A stretch of 64,000 nt of DNA from Eledone cirrhosa (lineage: Eukaryota). Where the stretch lies: the NCBI GenBank assembly GCA_964016885.1, contig OZ024741.1, positions 292,888,001-292,952,000 of the forward strand, in the 5' to 3' direction. The translations under genes and the position numbers were made by a program. Numbering within the stretch: position 1 is the stretch's first letter; each line of letters begins with the position of its first letter. A model generated the notes under the pieces. That model saw only the letters and a list, made by a program, of their open reading frames with translations, had not been told where the DNA came from and searched no databases. Shown here piece by piece: positions 25,501 to 39,850 of the stretch.

Positions 25501-26172
25501 CTTTCTGTGAGGAGTTGCGACATGTATATAGTATCAGCAATGGAAAGACCAATTAAAACATTATTTTTTTTTATTTGTCTGATTTGACAGGTTCCACCCC
25601 ACTCAGTAAGCAAATCTGGTCTGGGATCTTGCTGATCGTTTTAAAAAAAATGGGGTAGTGCTGACACCACAATAAAATACACTAAGCCCATGCTGTAAAC
25701 TGCTTGTAGTGGTGTCATACTACTATGGTATTATGGTACACACTGTAAAGTTGTTAGCATTAGGAAGAGCATATGGTCTTGGAAACCATGCTAAAATGAA
25801 ACATATGAATGAAGTATGGTCAAATTTCAGAATATAACGAACCCTTCAATTTATACCGAGATGAAACACCAATGTAAAACAATGATGATAAGGATGAGAT
25901 ATACTCATAAATGAATACATACATACATGTGTACTTAAATCATATATAGTTTCCTGTGTGTACAGTAAATTTTACATTTGTATAAACAACTTTCATCCTT
26001 TAGGATTTACATTACTCTATATATACTATTCTATTTTCACTGTAAACACTTTATCTCAAATAATATCTAATATAATATCGAATCTATGAGAATTTGATAT
26101 TATTTATTTTGAGAACAATACCTTAATATCAGTATGAGCAGCTGATTATGACCAATTTGAACAGAAAGAACC

Positions 26173-28258
26173 GAGAAAATTCTGGCCGGATATGGCTGGT
26201 TTAAATGCTGAAGGGTTAACCTAATTTTCAGTGAAATAGTAAATAGCATGGGTACTGGAATGGGTATAGTTTCAAGCTTCACTTAATATCAGCATCCTAC
26301 AGACATATTTCACCCAATAGATTCATAGACAAATGTTACTTGGCATTTACAGATGGGTAAGCCAATTTAGATATGAATCTAACAATGATTACCACTATAA
26401 ATTCTTTATACATTATCACATCGTAGAAGCATATATACACACACACAAACATATTTATATATATATATGAAAGAATTACTTACATAAATATATATATATG
26501 TAAGAGAACTACTCCCCTCCACCAACCCCCACACACATTTATGTGTGAGTGTATGTGGTTAGGAAATACTTCTCAATACAAGATATAGTGTATAATTATA
26601 TTTATTTGATTGACAGACTGAGGAATTCTAAAACTTTGGGTAATGGTGAAAAGCATCAGCTATATATGCATGAGTATGTATCCACAACCATGCTGAAACT
26701 TTGAAATCACTGTCAATTTTCTGGATAGAAAATAGAATTTACACTCTACCCACAATTATTACATACTCCATTAATATTTTAATGCTTTAAGTACTATGGT
26801 ATTTTAATCACACCTACCTGCTGAATGTACTCTCAGATGACTAGGTAGTTATCTAAATCTCTGCAGTAGATTAGCTCTCCCAACCAAGTATCTAATAACA
26901 TTATACATCAAGAAAATATGTGTTGCTTAACCATTTTGTGACAGTATTTCTAATGAAATATGAGGGTCAGCTAAAACGTTCAGCAGCTGACCAAGATTCT
27001 GTTGTGGAATAACCAAATGAGATTTATTTTTCAATGTGATACCTGGAAGAACACAATGCAGTTATTAATAAGAAGTGTTGAAATTAATGCATGCAAGATT
27101 TCACAGCGTTAGCATCACTCCTTCATAGTCAGCTTATGAACTTTTCAGCTGACCATCAGGCACTATTTAAATTGTTTAATAAAGAATTCTGAAGGAATTA
27201 CAAAGACTATTAATCATTTCATTACTAATGTATTAACTTAACATAAAGTTCTGATATAAAATTATGTTGGATGATTTTATTTTAAACAGGAACCATTTAA
27301 AATGAATGTTTGTTTTATAGAACTAAAGGTGGTTTTACACGAGTCAGTATCAAAAGAGTTAATGGGTGCAAGCCTAGCTGTGAGGTTAATAAGTTTGGAT
27401 GAGAATGACATTGTCATTTTGAAGTTGATCTGACTAGATTGCAACATAGACAAGTGTATTCTATCAAATCTTAGGTCCATGAAAGCATTGTGAATGAACT
27501 AAGAATTTGGGAGGGAGAAATTGTGTATAATGTTATTAGATACTTGGTTGGGAGAGCTAATCTACTGCAGAGATTTAGATAACTACCTAGTCATCTGAGA
27601 GTACATTCAGCAGGTAGGTGTGATTAAAATACCATAGTACTTAAAGCATTAAAATATTAATGGAGTATGTAATAATTGTGGGTAGAGTGTAAATTCTATT
27701 TTCTATCCAGAAAATTGACAGTGATTTCAAAGTTTCAGCATGGTTGTGGATACATACTCATGCATATATAGCTGATGCTTTTCACCATTACCCAAAGTTT
27801 TAGAATTCCTCAGTCTGTCAATCAAATAAATATAATTATACACTATATCTTGTATTGAGAAGTATTTCCTAACCACATACACTCACACATAAATGTGTGT
27901 GGGGGTTGGTGGAGGGGAGTAGTTCTCTTACATATATATATATTTATGTAAGTAATTCTTTCATATATATATATAAATATGTTTGTGTGTGTGTATATAT
28001 GCTTCTACGATGTGATAATGTATAAAGAATTTATAGTGGTAATCATTGTTAGATTCATATGTAAATTGGCTTACCCATCTGTAAATGCCAAGTAACATTT
28101 GTCTATGAATCTATTGGGTGAAATATGTCTGTAGGATGCTGATATTAAGTGAAGCTTGAAACTATACCCATTCCAGTACCCATGCTATTTACTATTTCAC
28201 TGAAAATTAGGTTAACCCTTCAGCATTTAAACCAGCCATATCCGGCCAGAATTTTCTC
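26173..28258. repeat. 735-bp near-perfect inverted duplication with 616-bp spacer
   Basis: 26173-26907 is the reverse complement of 27524-28258; one mismatch seen (26370). Confidence 0.9.
26960..27160. mobile_element. Mariner-derived MITE (decayed)
   Basis: Termini TATGAGGGTCAGCTAAAACGTTCA / TGAACTTTTCAGCTGACCATCA; related end at 29060-29168. Confidence 0.55.
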
Positions 28259-28926
28259 TGGGGGAGTGGGGGTTGGCTCCTCAAATTTTCTGAAAAATAT
28301 CCAATTGTTTTCAAACTTATTATGCTTCATCAGCTTCCATTTAAATCTGTCAATCTGGATGAGAGATAGCAACTTACTGCAGTATAGAAAATGATTTTGA
28401 GCATATAAGTAAGCTAACTTACATATTAGTGTGAAGTTTGACAACTGTTTAAAAACTTCTCTTTTAACCAAGCAAAGAATGAAAACTAAAACATTCAGTA
28501 TATCGATTTTAAAAACTTTTTTTATTTTTAAAAAATCTTTTCAATCTAGTGAAAGACATTTTGAAAGAAGAAAATGTCTGAATGAATAAATGATTGAACT
28601 AACAATTTAAACATTAAGCTAATGTTTCCTGACATATATTTTAGTGGTATGATACTGAGCAGGGATGCTTATTTTCATCTCAATACTTCAAATTAACATA
28701 GTATTGAGATAAAATCTTCAGGGACTGCAGAACAATACACACATGTGCATATTTGTAAATTGTGATGTACTATTTCCTGTGGTATTTGTCAACACCCATA
28801 CATGCACACACACACACACACACACATTATGTAGAAATCCGATGTAAATCAGGAAGCAACCACTGTTAATAAAGGTACTCAATACGTTAGTAGAGGGTAG
28901 GCATATTCATCTTATAGAAATAACTT

Positions 28927-28970
28927 CTACAAGACTAGATCTGTTTCATTCATAAGAAATCATCAGGAAA
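28927..28970 (-). ncRNA. Hammerhead core within a small repeat family (28850-28987, 31975-32122, 47725-47850)
   Basis: Minus strand CTGATGA-TTTC ttat GAAT-GAAA-CAGATCTAG-TC; the 5' strand of stem I is replaced by a small fold-back. Confidence 0.55.
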
Positions 28971-29831
28971 GTCTCTCCTGGTGATTGTTTACAAATAAAA
29001 CAGTTTTAGTCCTGTAGTAATCATTTTTATAATAAAATGAGTATATATATATATATATAGTCCCTGGGATGAAACAATGCATTTGTTGTAATTAATGCAA
29101 GCAAAATTTTGCTGCTCTAGTGTCACTCCTTCATAGTCAGCCTGTGAACTTTTCAGCTGACCCTTGTACATACTTTCAAATCCTCAGTTATCTATAATGG
29201 CGTACATATGTATGAAATTTAATCTTTATTGTTATCAAATTTCACTGGGTTGCATGAATACTAACGATTTTATAATTCATCAGACCCAATATATTTCTTT
29301 AAAAGATCTCAGCCAGAATGGCTAAATGACAGCGATAACATTTTATTTAAATTATTTCAATATTTGAACTATAGTTCAAACAAGTTCATCTAAAACAAAT
29401 TGGTTATTGTCTTGCCAACATAAACGATTTTGCTTCAAAGTTGGTGTAATTGTTGCTGTTACTGCTCTTGTCATGGCAGTCATTGTCGTTGTTGCTGTTG
29501 CTGTTGCTGATTATCTGTATTCAGCTCTGTGGAAATTGACCTTTGCACTCAGCACTAGATAATCGAAAGAAAACAAAAGCACTGTCAGTGTTTCTAAAAC
29601 TATGGCAATCTTGTTATTCTAGGCATCCTGTTGTATATCATGGTACAACAATTAATTTTACCTAATAAAATTTCTTTATCGTTTTCATCATCTTTTTTAT
29701 GTTCTTTTATTTGATATTGGCATGGGTTGAAAGAGGGTTTTATGGCAGTATTCTAAGGTTGGATTGCCTTTCCTGTCAACACTTGTTTTATTATGATTTT
29801 TAAAAAGTAATTATGAACTTTTAAAAAAAAT

Positions 29832-30137
29832 CAGAGGTTCACAAAGTGGGCGCTACTGCCCCCCAGGGGGCATTGAGAAAGTCGAGGGTCTGCCGGGGCT
29901 TAAGGGGGCAGTGAGCGGGAGGTAAATGATACATATATGTAAATATAGAAAAATAAAAAATATATATAATATTTATTTATACATAGTATATATTATATTA
30001 CTTATTAACAATTTATCAGATATTATTTACAATTTGCATGTAGGCAGGTATCTCTAGAAATAAGGTTGGGGAGCACTGAGGGTATTACATTGCTCTGATG
30101 GGGAGGGGCCATGGCCAAAAAAGTTTGAGAACCTCTG
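29832..30137. mobile_element. hAT-like MITE
   Basis: Terminal inverted repeats CAGAGGTTCACAAA / TTTGAGAACCTCTG; TSD not confirmed. Confidence 0.55.
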
Positions 30138-30234
30138 GTCTAAAGTAACAATGCATAACAATCAGTGATAAAGTGGTGTAAACAACAGTAGTAAAATAGA
30201 TGTGTGTGGCAGAATGGAATATAGACAAACATAA

Positions 30235-30562
30235 TTGATACTGGAATACTGGGCTAGTGGGATATTGTCAAATATTGTTGGAACTGGAATACCAGACTAG
30301 TAGGTTATAATTAAATATTGTTGGGACTGATATGCCAGGCTGGTAGGATATAGTGAAGGATTATTGGGACTGGATTACTAGACTGATGGAATCAGGTTAA
30401 ATATTGTTGGGATTGGAATATCAGGGTAGTAGGATATAGTCAAATATTGTTGGGACTGAAATACCACACTGGTGGGAACTAGACAAACATTGTCAGTAAC
30501 AGAACACCAGGCTGATGGGATATAGTGAAACAACATTGGAACCAAAATACCAAGCCAGTGGG
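30235..30562. repeat. Degenerate ~42-bp minisatellite (~8 units)
   Basis: Recurring AATATTGTTGGGACTGGAATACCAGACTAGTAGGATATAGTCA variants. Confidence 0.75.
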
Positions 30563-30647
30563 TGAAAAGAATTAAACCTCTTATATATTCTACTAATAAA
30601 TATGCTCAATCATACAAAGAACTATCATAAATATATATACCCCTCCC

Positions 30648-30680
<33 letters not shown>

Positions 30681-32121
30681 AAGTGGGGAATTTAGATAGA
30701 TTTTTTGACATAGGCACAGAGACCAACATGAATTATAGGTTTTTCTTCCTATGTAACTGCTCTACAACAGCCAAAACCATGTGTGGGAAATTAGCTTTGG
30801 ACCATATCAAATTGATTCATTCCTGGAACGGCAGTATCCATGTAGAACCAACAGGTGCATAACAATCAAATAAACTCAAGAATTCCAACAGTTTAACAAA
30901 GAAAAAGTTGAGATACTTAAAGATTCTTCTTCACCTGAACCAAAATATTTAGATTTTGACTCTTGAAAAAATTTGACAACCACAATTATTGAAAACTGGT
31001 TATTGACAAACTAGGAATATGGGATCTTATAAACAGGTAGTTCTACAAAGCCAAATATTTCTATCTTACATTGAGGCTAGTGGTGCGACTGCTCCCTACA
31101 GTTGTCAGACACGAAAAGGTCTATTGGGTAATTAGATGAGAGGACACTGTAAATAGCAACAGTTCACTTAGCCTATCAAGAAGAAACTCACTGGTCATGT
31201 GATTATTCCAGGAGGGTGAAATTATATACATATATGTGTGTGTGTGTGTGCACAGAGATTTTTCATAAGGCTAATCAAATTATGCAAATAGAGGGCAACA
31301 CATTTGAGCTGGGTCTCCTAATGTTTGACTTTTGCAATTCATATATTGAAATCATCAAAGATAGATACAGTTTTAAAGAGAGTATTTCATAAACCTGTCA
31401 AAAATAATAAACGGAAATAGAAAAAAATAGAAGACACTAACAGAAGGCTATGATAACAAAATGAAAATATCATGTGAATATTGAGAAATGGTGTGCCTGT
31501 TAGTATATAAAAATATATCTAATAAATATATCTAATATATATATATATACACATATATATATAGGTGTGTGTGTGTGTGTGCATGTATATATATATGTCT
31601 ATACATTATGTATATATATATATAACGCCCCCACATGTGCACACACACACACATATATATATATATAAAGAAAACACTTTCAGTCTTCTATTTGTCAACA
31701 AAGGCAGCTAAATCATGCAATCTCCACATCTGTTGCATAATTCATGAATTCTACAATCTGATATATGCCAATAAGATAAGAAGAAGGTGCCAGCAATTCA
31801 TCACCTTTCTTAACCTGCCTGTGTTGAAATTATCACTGGCAATGCTGCTCTTGCTACTACTAAATAATTTATATAAACATACATATATACATAAAAATAT
31901 TCTTATATATAAATACATACAGATATATCTATGGATATGGATATATGTTTATATATATATATATATATATATATAGTTTGAATGTAGATGAGATTCTACA
32001 GGACTAGAACTGTTTCATTCATTAGAAATCATCGAATCTCATCTACATTCAAACTGTTATACTCTGCTATGTATTGAGTACCTTACTTACTGTGGTTACC
32101 TCTGATTCAACCCGGAATAAC

Positions 32122-32159
<38 letters not shown>

Positions 32160-32218
32160 TCATCAGTTTATGTATATCTTCGATGCTATATATATATATG
32201 TATGTATATATGTATGTT

Positions 32219-32300
<82 letters not shown>

Positions 32301-32545
32301 AGGTCATTTTCCCTTGCTTTCATCCCAAGTTATTCTTGTGGTGCCCCCATGAACGGTTTCATGCTCATTATGGCATCTTTCTTGAGTCTGTTTTCTAGCT
32401 GGATGCACTTTCTGGTGAAAATCCTCTATATACACACACGAGCATACACATAGAGACATGCATATATTTATATATTCATATAAACAAAAATATGACACAC
32501 TCTGTGCTCCACCCATGAACATCTAGCAACTTAACTCCCTCTCTC

Positions 32546-32650
<105 letters not shown>

Positions 32651-33042
32651 TCTTCCTGCTAATGTTAAATGATGATAGTGGTATATATATTTGAATATAT
32701 ATTTGTGTAAACTAATTTGTTCAGCTCTACTTACCATTACTCGACTGTTTTCTTCTTTGGGGCTCTTTGTCAATTTATCAGTGCATTTGAAGTCATATCC
32801 CTACTTATATCTTATTAGTTCTGCCACCATTATCACCATCCTGTATCTCTCTTTATCTCTCTTTATCTCTCTTTATCTATCCATGTATCCAGCCATCCAT
32901 CCATCTTTCTTTTTATCGATTAATCTTTCTAGATTTTCATTTTTTTAAACATTTTTATTGTTTTACTATTTTTATTGTTACTTTTACTTTATATCTTTAT
33001 TTCCATTGTTATTTCATTTCATTCATCTCATTATTATTATTA

Positions 33043-33256
33043 TTAGGGTGGTGGATAGGCAGAATCAGTAGAGTGTCGGAAAACAGGCTTAGTCTGAGTT
33101 CAAACCCCTGGGGAGGTTAACATTACCTTTCATCTTTACGGGGTTGATAAAATAAAGTACCAGTAACGTTCTGGGGTCGATTTCATTGACTTTCCCCCTC
33201 CCCCAAATTACTGGCCTTGTGCCTATACTAGAAATCATTATTATCATTATTATTAT
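33043..33256 (+). mobile_element. tRNA-derived SINE family 1
   Basis: Head GGCAGAATCAGTAGAG, GAGTTCAAAC, core and tail; (TTA)n flanks. Confidence 0.7.
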
Positions 33257-33639
33257 TCATACAATTCCTTAGTGAATAGGTACATATATCAAGTAATATT
33301 ACCATAGATTTTGTCACTGTTATCTTCTTGAATGGAACACGCATCTGTTTGGAGTCAACATTTTAATAACATTTGTCACAACATGGTATTAATACTTAGG
33401 GATTTTTTTTATATTTCCCAACATGATTTATGATATATATATTTATATAATTTACATCTATAAATCTCCAAATCAACATTAACGTGTATACATATGATTA
33501 TCTTTATAATCAACATTTAAATGTCAAATTTCCATGCTTGCAGGAATTAAATAAAAAGGCTTGTCACATCCCATTTCTTGCTTGGTTTTATAGCTGAACT
33601 CCCTTCTTAACTCCAATCACTTTATAACATGTACTATGA

Positions 33640-33815
33640 GCATGGTTTCTAGGGTTGAATGCTCACCTCATTTATTTCCAATCTGTGCAAATTCTCTGCA
33701 TTGAAGGCCCAACTCTCACTTCGATACTGCATTGCAGTACTCACACAAGCAGAATACAGTTTGTCTTTTGTCCTGAGGAAAAAACCCTTCGTAGCCAGCA
33801 AAGGGAATAGTTCGC
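33640..33815 (-). mobile_element. Old RTE LINE fragment
   Basis: Minus-strand translation ELFPLLATKGFFLRTKDKLYSACVSTAMQYRSESWAFNAE resembles 22545-22665. Confidence 0.6.
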
Positions 33816-34002
33816 TGAATTTTGGGGATGGTGCCCATATTAAAATTTAAGGCCCCAAGAGGATCAGTTTTCAATGTAGTAGGGGAAAGTCATCATATAT
33901 TCATGAAGGATTCCTCCTTGGCTCTCTGTACCAGCTGACCATTCTTCAACACTCTTATAGGCATTAAGTCCAACATTATGAATATTAAAGATACATAATA
34001 AT

Positions 34003-34622
34003 AATAATAATAAGGGTTTCTAATTCAGGCACAAGGCCAACAATTTGGGAGAGATGTGAAAGTCAATTAAATCAACTCCAGTACATTACTGGTACTTTAT
34101 TTCATCAACCCTACAAGGATGAAAGCTAACCTTGAAGGGATTTAAAATCAGTTTGAATAGCGCCGTAACTATATGCCACAAAACATGTTATCCATATGAA
34201 AATAATAATTGTTTCTACATTTGACACAAGGCCAGCACTTATCTCAGTGCATTACTGCTACTTTATTTTATCAACCCCAAAAGGATGAAAGGCAAAGATA
34301 ACCTCGACAGGATTTGAACTCAGACCATAAAGGGACATAACTATGCTAGAAAGCATGGCGTCCAACCCTCTCCCAATATTGCCAATCCACTGCCCGTATG
34401 ATAATAATAATTGTTTCTACTTTTGGCACAAGGCCATAAATTACCCAATGCATTACTGGTACTTTATTCTATCGACCCCGGAAGGATGAAAGGCAAAGTT
34501 AACCTCGGCGGGATTTGAACTCAGATCATACAGGGAGGTAACTCTATGCTTCAAAGCATGGTATCCGACTCTCTACCGATACTGCCAATCCACTGCCAAT
34601 TAACCGTATGATAATAATAATA
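34003..34622 (-). mobile_element. Three head-to-tail SINE family 1 copies
   Basis: Tail/core/head repeated at ~200-bp period, with junction CCGTATGATAATAATAAT variants. Confidence 0.8.
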
Positions 34623-35132
34623 CCGTGAAAACAGTTTCTAAATTTTGTAATATTTATTTTTTAACAGAAAAAATATGAAATATTCTATGTGCCCATCCAC
34701 CCCACATCCCAAAGCATTTTATCAATTGAGGTTCATTTACAAATCCTGATGCCAATCTCGTATCATATACATGTGTGGTGTTTTTACTTTTATTTTATAT
34801 ATCTTTTTAGTTTTGAGCATTTTCTTGTGGTAATCGGATGGATATATTGTAAAACAAAAAATAACAAGATGAATGAATAAAAATATGAATTAAATTAAAA
34901 TTAAAGACTAAAACATTCAGAAACAAATGAAATACTTTTTTTCTCTGGACCCAATCTAAACAACATTTAATAACTGTATACATGACAGAAGGAACCATTA
35001 AGATGTCATATTAGATTTATAGTTTATAATTTTAGAAAAGAACTAGCAGAAAATGGATTAGATGGTAGCAAATATATAAAGTTATTTTATTTCATATAAT
35101 TTTTATGAAACTTTTATTTGATAGTAATGATG

Positions 35133-35229
<97 letters not shown>

Positions 35230-35657
35230 ATACATTTATAAATATATACATGTGAGTGTATTCTGTGGTGTTGTGATAGATGTAATGACACACACACACA
35301 CACACAGACACAAACATGCATATGCTGCTGATGATAATTGATAATGGTTTTATGTATTTGTATTTTGGCAATTGTGTTTTGTCTATTCTCTAGTCCTATC
35401 TCTGCCACTGCCTCAGCTAAAAACCTGACAGAGAGAGGGAGAGAGAGAGAAGAAATAATAATAATAATAATAGAAAATTGCAGTCTTCATACTTTTTGAT
35501 AGTGTGTATTTGACTATCTATTTCCCCCTGGATTCTTCTGTGTATTTTCCTGTGTAAATATATGTGTGTGCAAGCATATATATAAATATGCATGTGTTTT
35601 ATATAAGAATGCATATGAATTTATATATACAAACATACACACACACACATATATATA

Positions 35658-35771
<114 letters not shown>

Positions 35772-36293
35772 TACATATATATATTTATGTATGTGTGTAT
35801 ATATATACACATACATACTGTCATTATATACTTTGACTGCTTAATAAAATTATTAGATTAGACAAGCTACCATTTTATATTTTTATTGTGTGCATGGTTT
35901 TATAAGTGCTCTTGTATACACTCATGACATGTGAACACTCACACACATATACACACACCATCATGCACATACAGACACACATATACACTCATACATGCAT
36001 AAATATATATTTGTTTAAAATCGAGAATGTAGAATATGATGATAGTCAAGATAAAAGAAATATATGAATAGGAGACTACATTTTGATTGTTCAGGCATAA
36101 TTTGTTTCAATTTTTGTGGTATTTAATTTAGTAACGATTCAGATTTGCCCAGGCTTGACAATTTGAAACTCAAGAGACAAACATACACACAGACATACAT
36201 ACACATGCACACACTGCACCCATACTCATTTATATGAATTACAATGTAACATAATATAATATGATAACTTCTTTGTTAACCATTATTTATTTG

Positions 36294-36361
<68 letters not shown>

Positions 36362-36425
36362 GTAGAACACTGGAAGGTAATATCCGTAGTGGTAGAGCAC
36401 TCAGTCCATGGAACGAGTTAGGTAG

Positions 36426-36569
36426 AAGTGGTTACACAACAGTTAGTTCACCATACCGAGAACAATTGTTTCACCTTAGCGGATCCTCAGCTCATAATTA
36501 CGAGCTGAGGATCCGCTAAGGTGAAACAATTGTTCTCGGTATGGTGAACTAACTGTTGTGTAACCACTT
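36426..36569. repeat. 144-bp loopless palindrome containing a hammerhead on each strand
   Basis: 72-bp arms, one mismatch; plus strand 36501-36538 reads CGAG-CTGAGGA-TCC gctaa GGT-GAAA-CAATTG-TT-CTCG. Confidence 0.8.
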
Positions 36570-36720
36570 ATATATATATAACCAAAGATTAATATGGTTC
36601 GTTGATTACTCAATGAATACAATTTTACAATAGATTAAAAGCACTCAACAAAAAAGCTTTCATGGAGTTTTTAATATTATTCAAAATATTAACAAATGAA
36701 AGATATTCACATAATCAAAA

Positions 36721-36797
36721 TATATGCTTTATTATATATATTTCAAAGGTACTGTGTTTTTTTTTTTTTTCAGTATGTCTTCATCAGATAAAATATA
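36721..36797 (-). ncRNA. Type I hammerhead ribozyme in element 36581-36845
   Basis: Minus strand ATATTTTAT-CTGATGA-AGAC ATACTG (A)n cac AGTA CCTTT-GAAA-TATATA-TA-ATAAAGCAT; same family as 54261-54717. Confidence 0.7.
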
Positions 36798-37529
36798 TGA
36801 TTTGATATATGATATACTGCTACGGTCTTGATTATACAATTCCAGTATATATATATATATATAATTATTCTATTACCGTTTTTCCATGCTTCTATGCGCT
36901 GGATACATATTTATGAATTGAATACTTGTATGTATATATTTTCAATTCCAATTACTTGTGCCAAACTAACTTGGATATGTAAAATTGGGAATTAGCTGTG
37001 TATTCTAAATTTTTTAGTATGAGGAGCCACCCAAACCTGACGTATTCTTCCCCATAATGTCTAAATCTGGCTCTGATAGTATAGGTGGTAAATTCACAGA
37101 ATCAGTCACTATAATCTCGGATTAAATGGCCTTGCAGTAATTGTTCCATCCATTCTCAGTCTCAGTTCAAATCTCACTGAGGACAGCCTGCCTTTCATCA
37201 TTTTTACATCATTAAACTAAGTACCAGTCCAGAGCGATACATTGGTGGAATTGTTAGAGCTTTGGATGAGATGCCTTGTGGTATCTATTCTGGCTCTGCA
37301 TTCTGTGTTCAAATTCTATCACTTGTTTCCTGGCCCATTGTAAATTAGTAGGAACAAGTCTCCTATTATTAAATCCCTCAAGAGATTATCCACGCCCATG
37401 GGAAGCAAAATCATGAGAGGCTATAACAGATTACACATGTGAGTATTAATTACAAACCTAGACAGTATCATATGTCTTGGTAAATGGTAAATTACATCAG
37501 GGCTTGACAAGCTATAATCTGTGGGCAAC

Positions 37530-37740
37530 ATTTAGCCCACAGGCCACATCCAGCCCCCAGACAACATTCAGCCCCCAGACAACATCTAACCCCCAGGTCA
37601 CATGCAGCCCCTAGGCCACATCCAGCCCCACAGACCACATGCAGCCCCCAGCCCACATCAAGCTCCCAGGCCACATCTAGCCCATAGGCCATGGCCAGCC
37701 TGCAGGCCACTTCCAACCCACAGTCCACATTCAGCCTACA
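37530..37740. repeat. 18-bp minisatellite (~11 units), possibly inside a hAT-like MITE (37498-37880)
   Basis: CAGCCCCCAGGCCACATC variants. Confidence 0.75.
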
Positions 37741-38467
37741 GCTTCATTTTAGGAATTTCAATGAATATGCAACGTTCCATGTATAAAAATATTATTTGTT
37801 TTTCTTATCTGTCTTTGACCCCCAAGATATAAAAAACATTTCCAATCCATCCCTCTTCCAAACTCATTTGTTGACCCCTTCATTACATCATTGATATATT
37901 GTCGACAGATAGCGTGACCTCATTGTGTAAGAGGAAGCAGATAATTGACCTCCCAATCAAATGTCTGACAATGTTATCAACCCTTTCCAAAGATAAGACA
38001 CTAACTACAGTAATAAAAAAGCCATCTAAATTCAAAATCACATTCTGGTAGTCTGGTTCAGTTATATATATATGTTATCATTTATCTACCATTAAACCAG
38101 TAAATAAATCAATCGTAATGTCTTACAATATTCATATTTGTTATTCTCATTCTCCTTGCCATAAATATTATTCACTATTTTGCCAAAATAAAAAGAAAAA
38201 TTTTGCCATTGCAGCCAGAGATTATATTCCATTCACGCTTCCTGGCCATAAATTCTTTAAAGTATAAACCAATATCCCCAAAAATCTAATGTAAAGTAAA
38301 GATAAATGATTATCTCAACTGTTGATTATTTTTATTTTGTTGATTTATATTATATATATTTATATTATATATATACACACACACAATTATTTTATTCATT
38401 TACATATGTATGTGTGTATATATATATGTGTATGTGTCTGTGTATATGTATACATATGTTTATTATG

Positions 38468-38550
<83 letters not shown>

Positions 38551-38562
38551 ATATGTATGTGT

Positions 38563-38601
<39 letters not shown>

Positions 38602-39395
38602 TCATCAGCATCATTTAACGTCCGTTTTCTCTGTTAGCAAGTCAATGTGTGTGTATATACATACATATGATTGTATTATCTAACATTAATTTTGTGATTG
38701 AATATTCAGATTGTGCAATATGAATAATACTTAAGCTAGTATTTAACCTATAATCTGTATGATCTAGGTATGCTGAAACATTCCCAGGAATTATTATGGC
38801 TAGTTTTAGCCATGCTGGAGCAATATTGTATCCAGTGGTAGGACATTAAGCTAATTAACCAACTGGTTACATCTATCTGTTAATGATTGATATTCTTGTT
38901 TTCCTCCAGCTCAATCATGTCCTGTCTATATTGTAATATTGCAAGAAATCGTGGTTGGTTGTGGCCATAGTGGAACAATGTTGTATCTATAAACAGGACA
39001 TTTAAGTAAAGAGTCTATGTTGGCTTCGAACTGGACATATACTATTGAATTACATTTTATCACAAACTGGTCATAGAGAAGCGTCTCTGTTCTTATGGTG
39101 ACTTCCTAGAAACCTATTGGCACTATTTGTTCTATTTAAAAAAAAAACTATCAGCCTGAGAGAATGTGTGATGAAAAAGCTTCAACAATGACAACAAAAC
39201 AACTATCTGGTTATTAAACTAACCAACTGGGAAATTCTAATGAGAAATTGAAGTGAAACCTGACAGACGTGTATGTTTTATATTGGCACCATGACCCTCT
39301 GAAAGTATAAAAGTATCTGTTTCACCACATGTTTTCTGAGAAAAATCTTGCAAAACAAACAAAAAGTGAAATATATATATTTAAATGAGGATGAT

Positions 39396-39499
<104 letters not shown>

Positions 39500-39804
39500 T
39501 CTCTCTCTGTAGATATATATATGTGTGTGTGTGTGTGTGTATTATTCTGTCTGTAAAGCAATGGATTATGTCCTAGGGTGCTATCAAGATGCCTTCTTAA
39601 ATAGATTATGAAATACCTTCAGTGGATTTGAGCACAAGACCATTCACTTGATGACTCTATAGTATAATCATCCAGACATGACTGCTTCTCTACAAAACGT
39701 ACAGGAGAATTGCTGGTTCAATACTTCATTAAATCTATTGTATAAATACCAAAGTTGAGGGTATCCAGCCATATATATATATACATACATATATATATAC
39801 ATAC

Positions 39805-39847
<43 letters not shown>

Positions 39848-39850
<3 letters not shown>

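Noticed and set aside
26615-26662. CTGAGGA..GAAA..TC hammerhead-like spacing
   Set aside because: Stems I and III do not pair
30235-30562. CRISPR-like periodicity (also 45030-45300 and 37530-37740)
   Set aside because: Whole units are homologous with no unique spacers, there are no cas genes, and the context is eukaryotic; these are minisatellites
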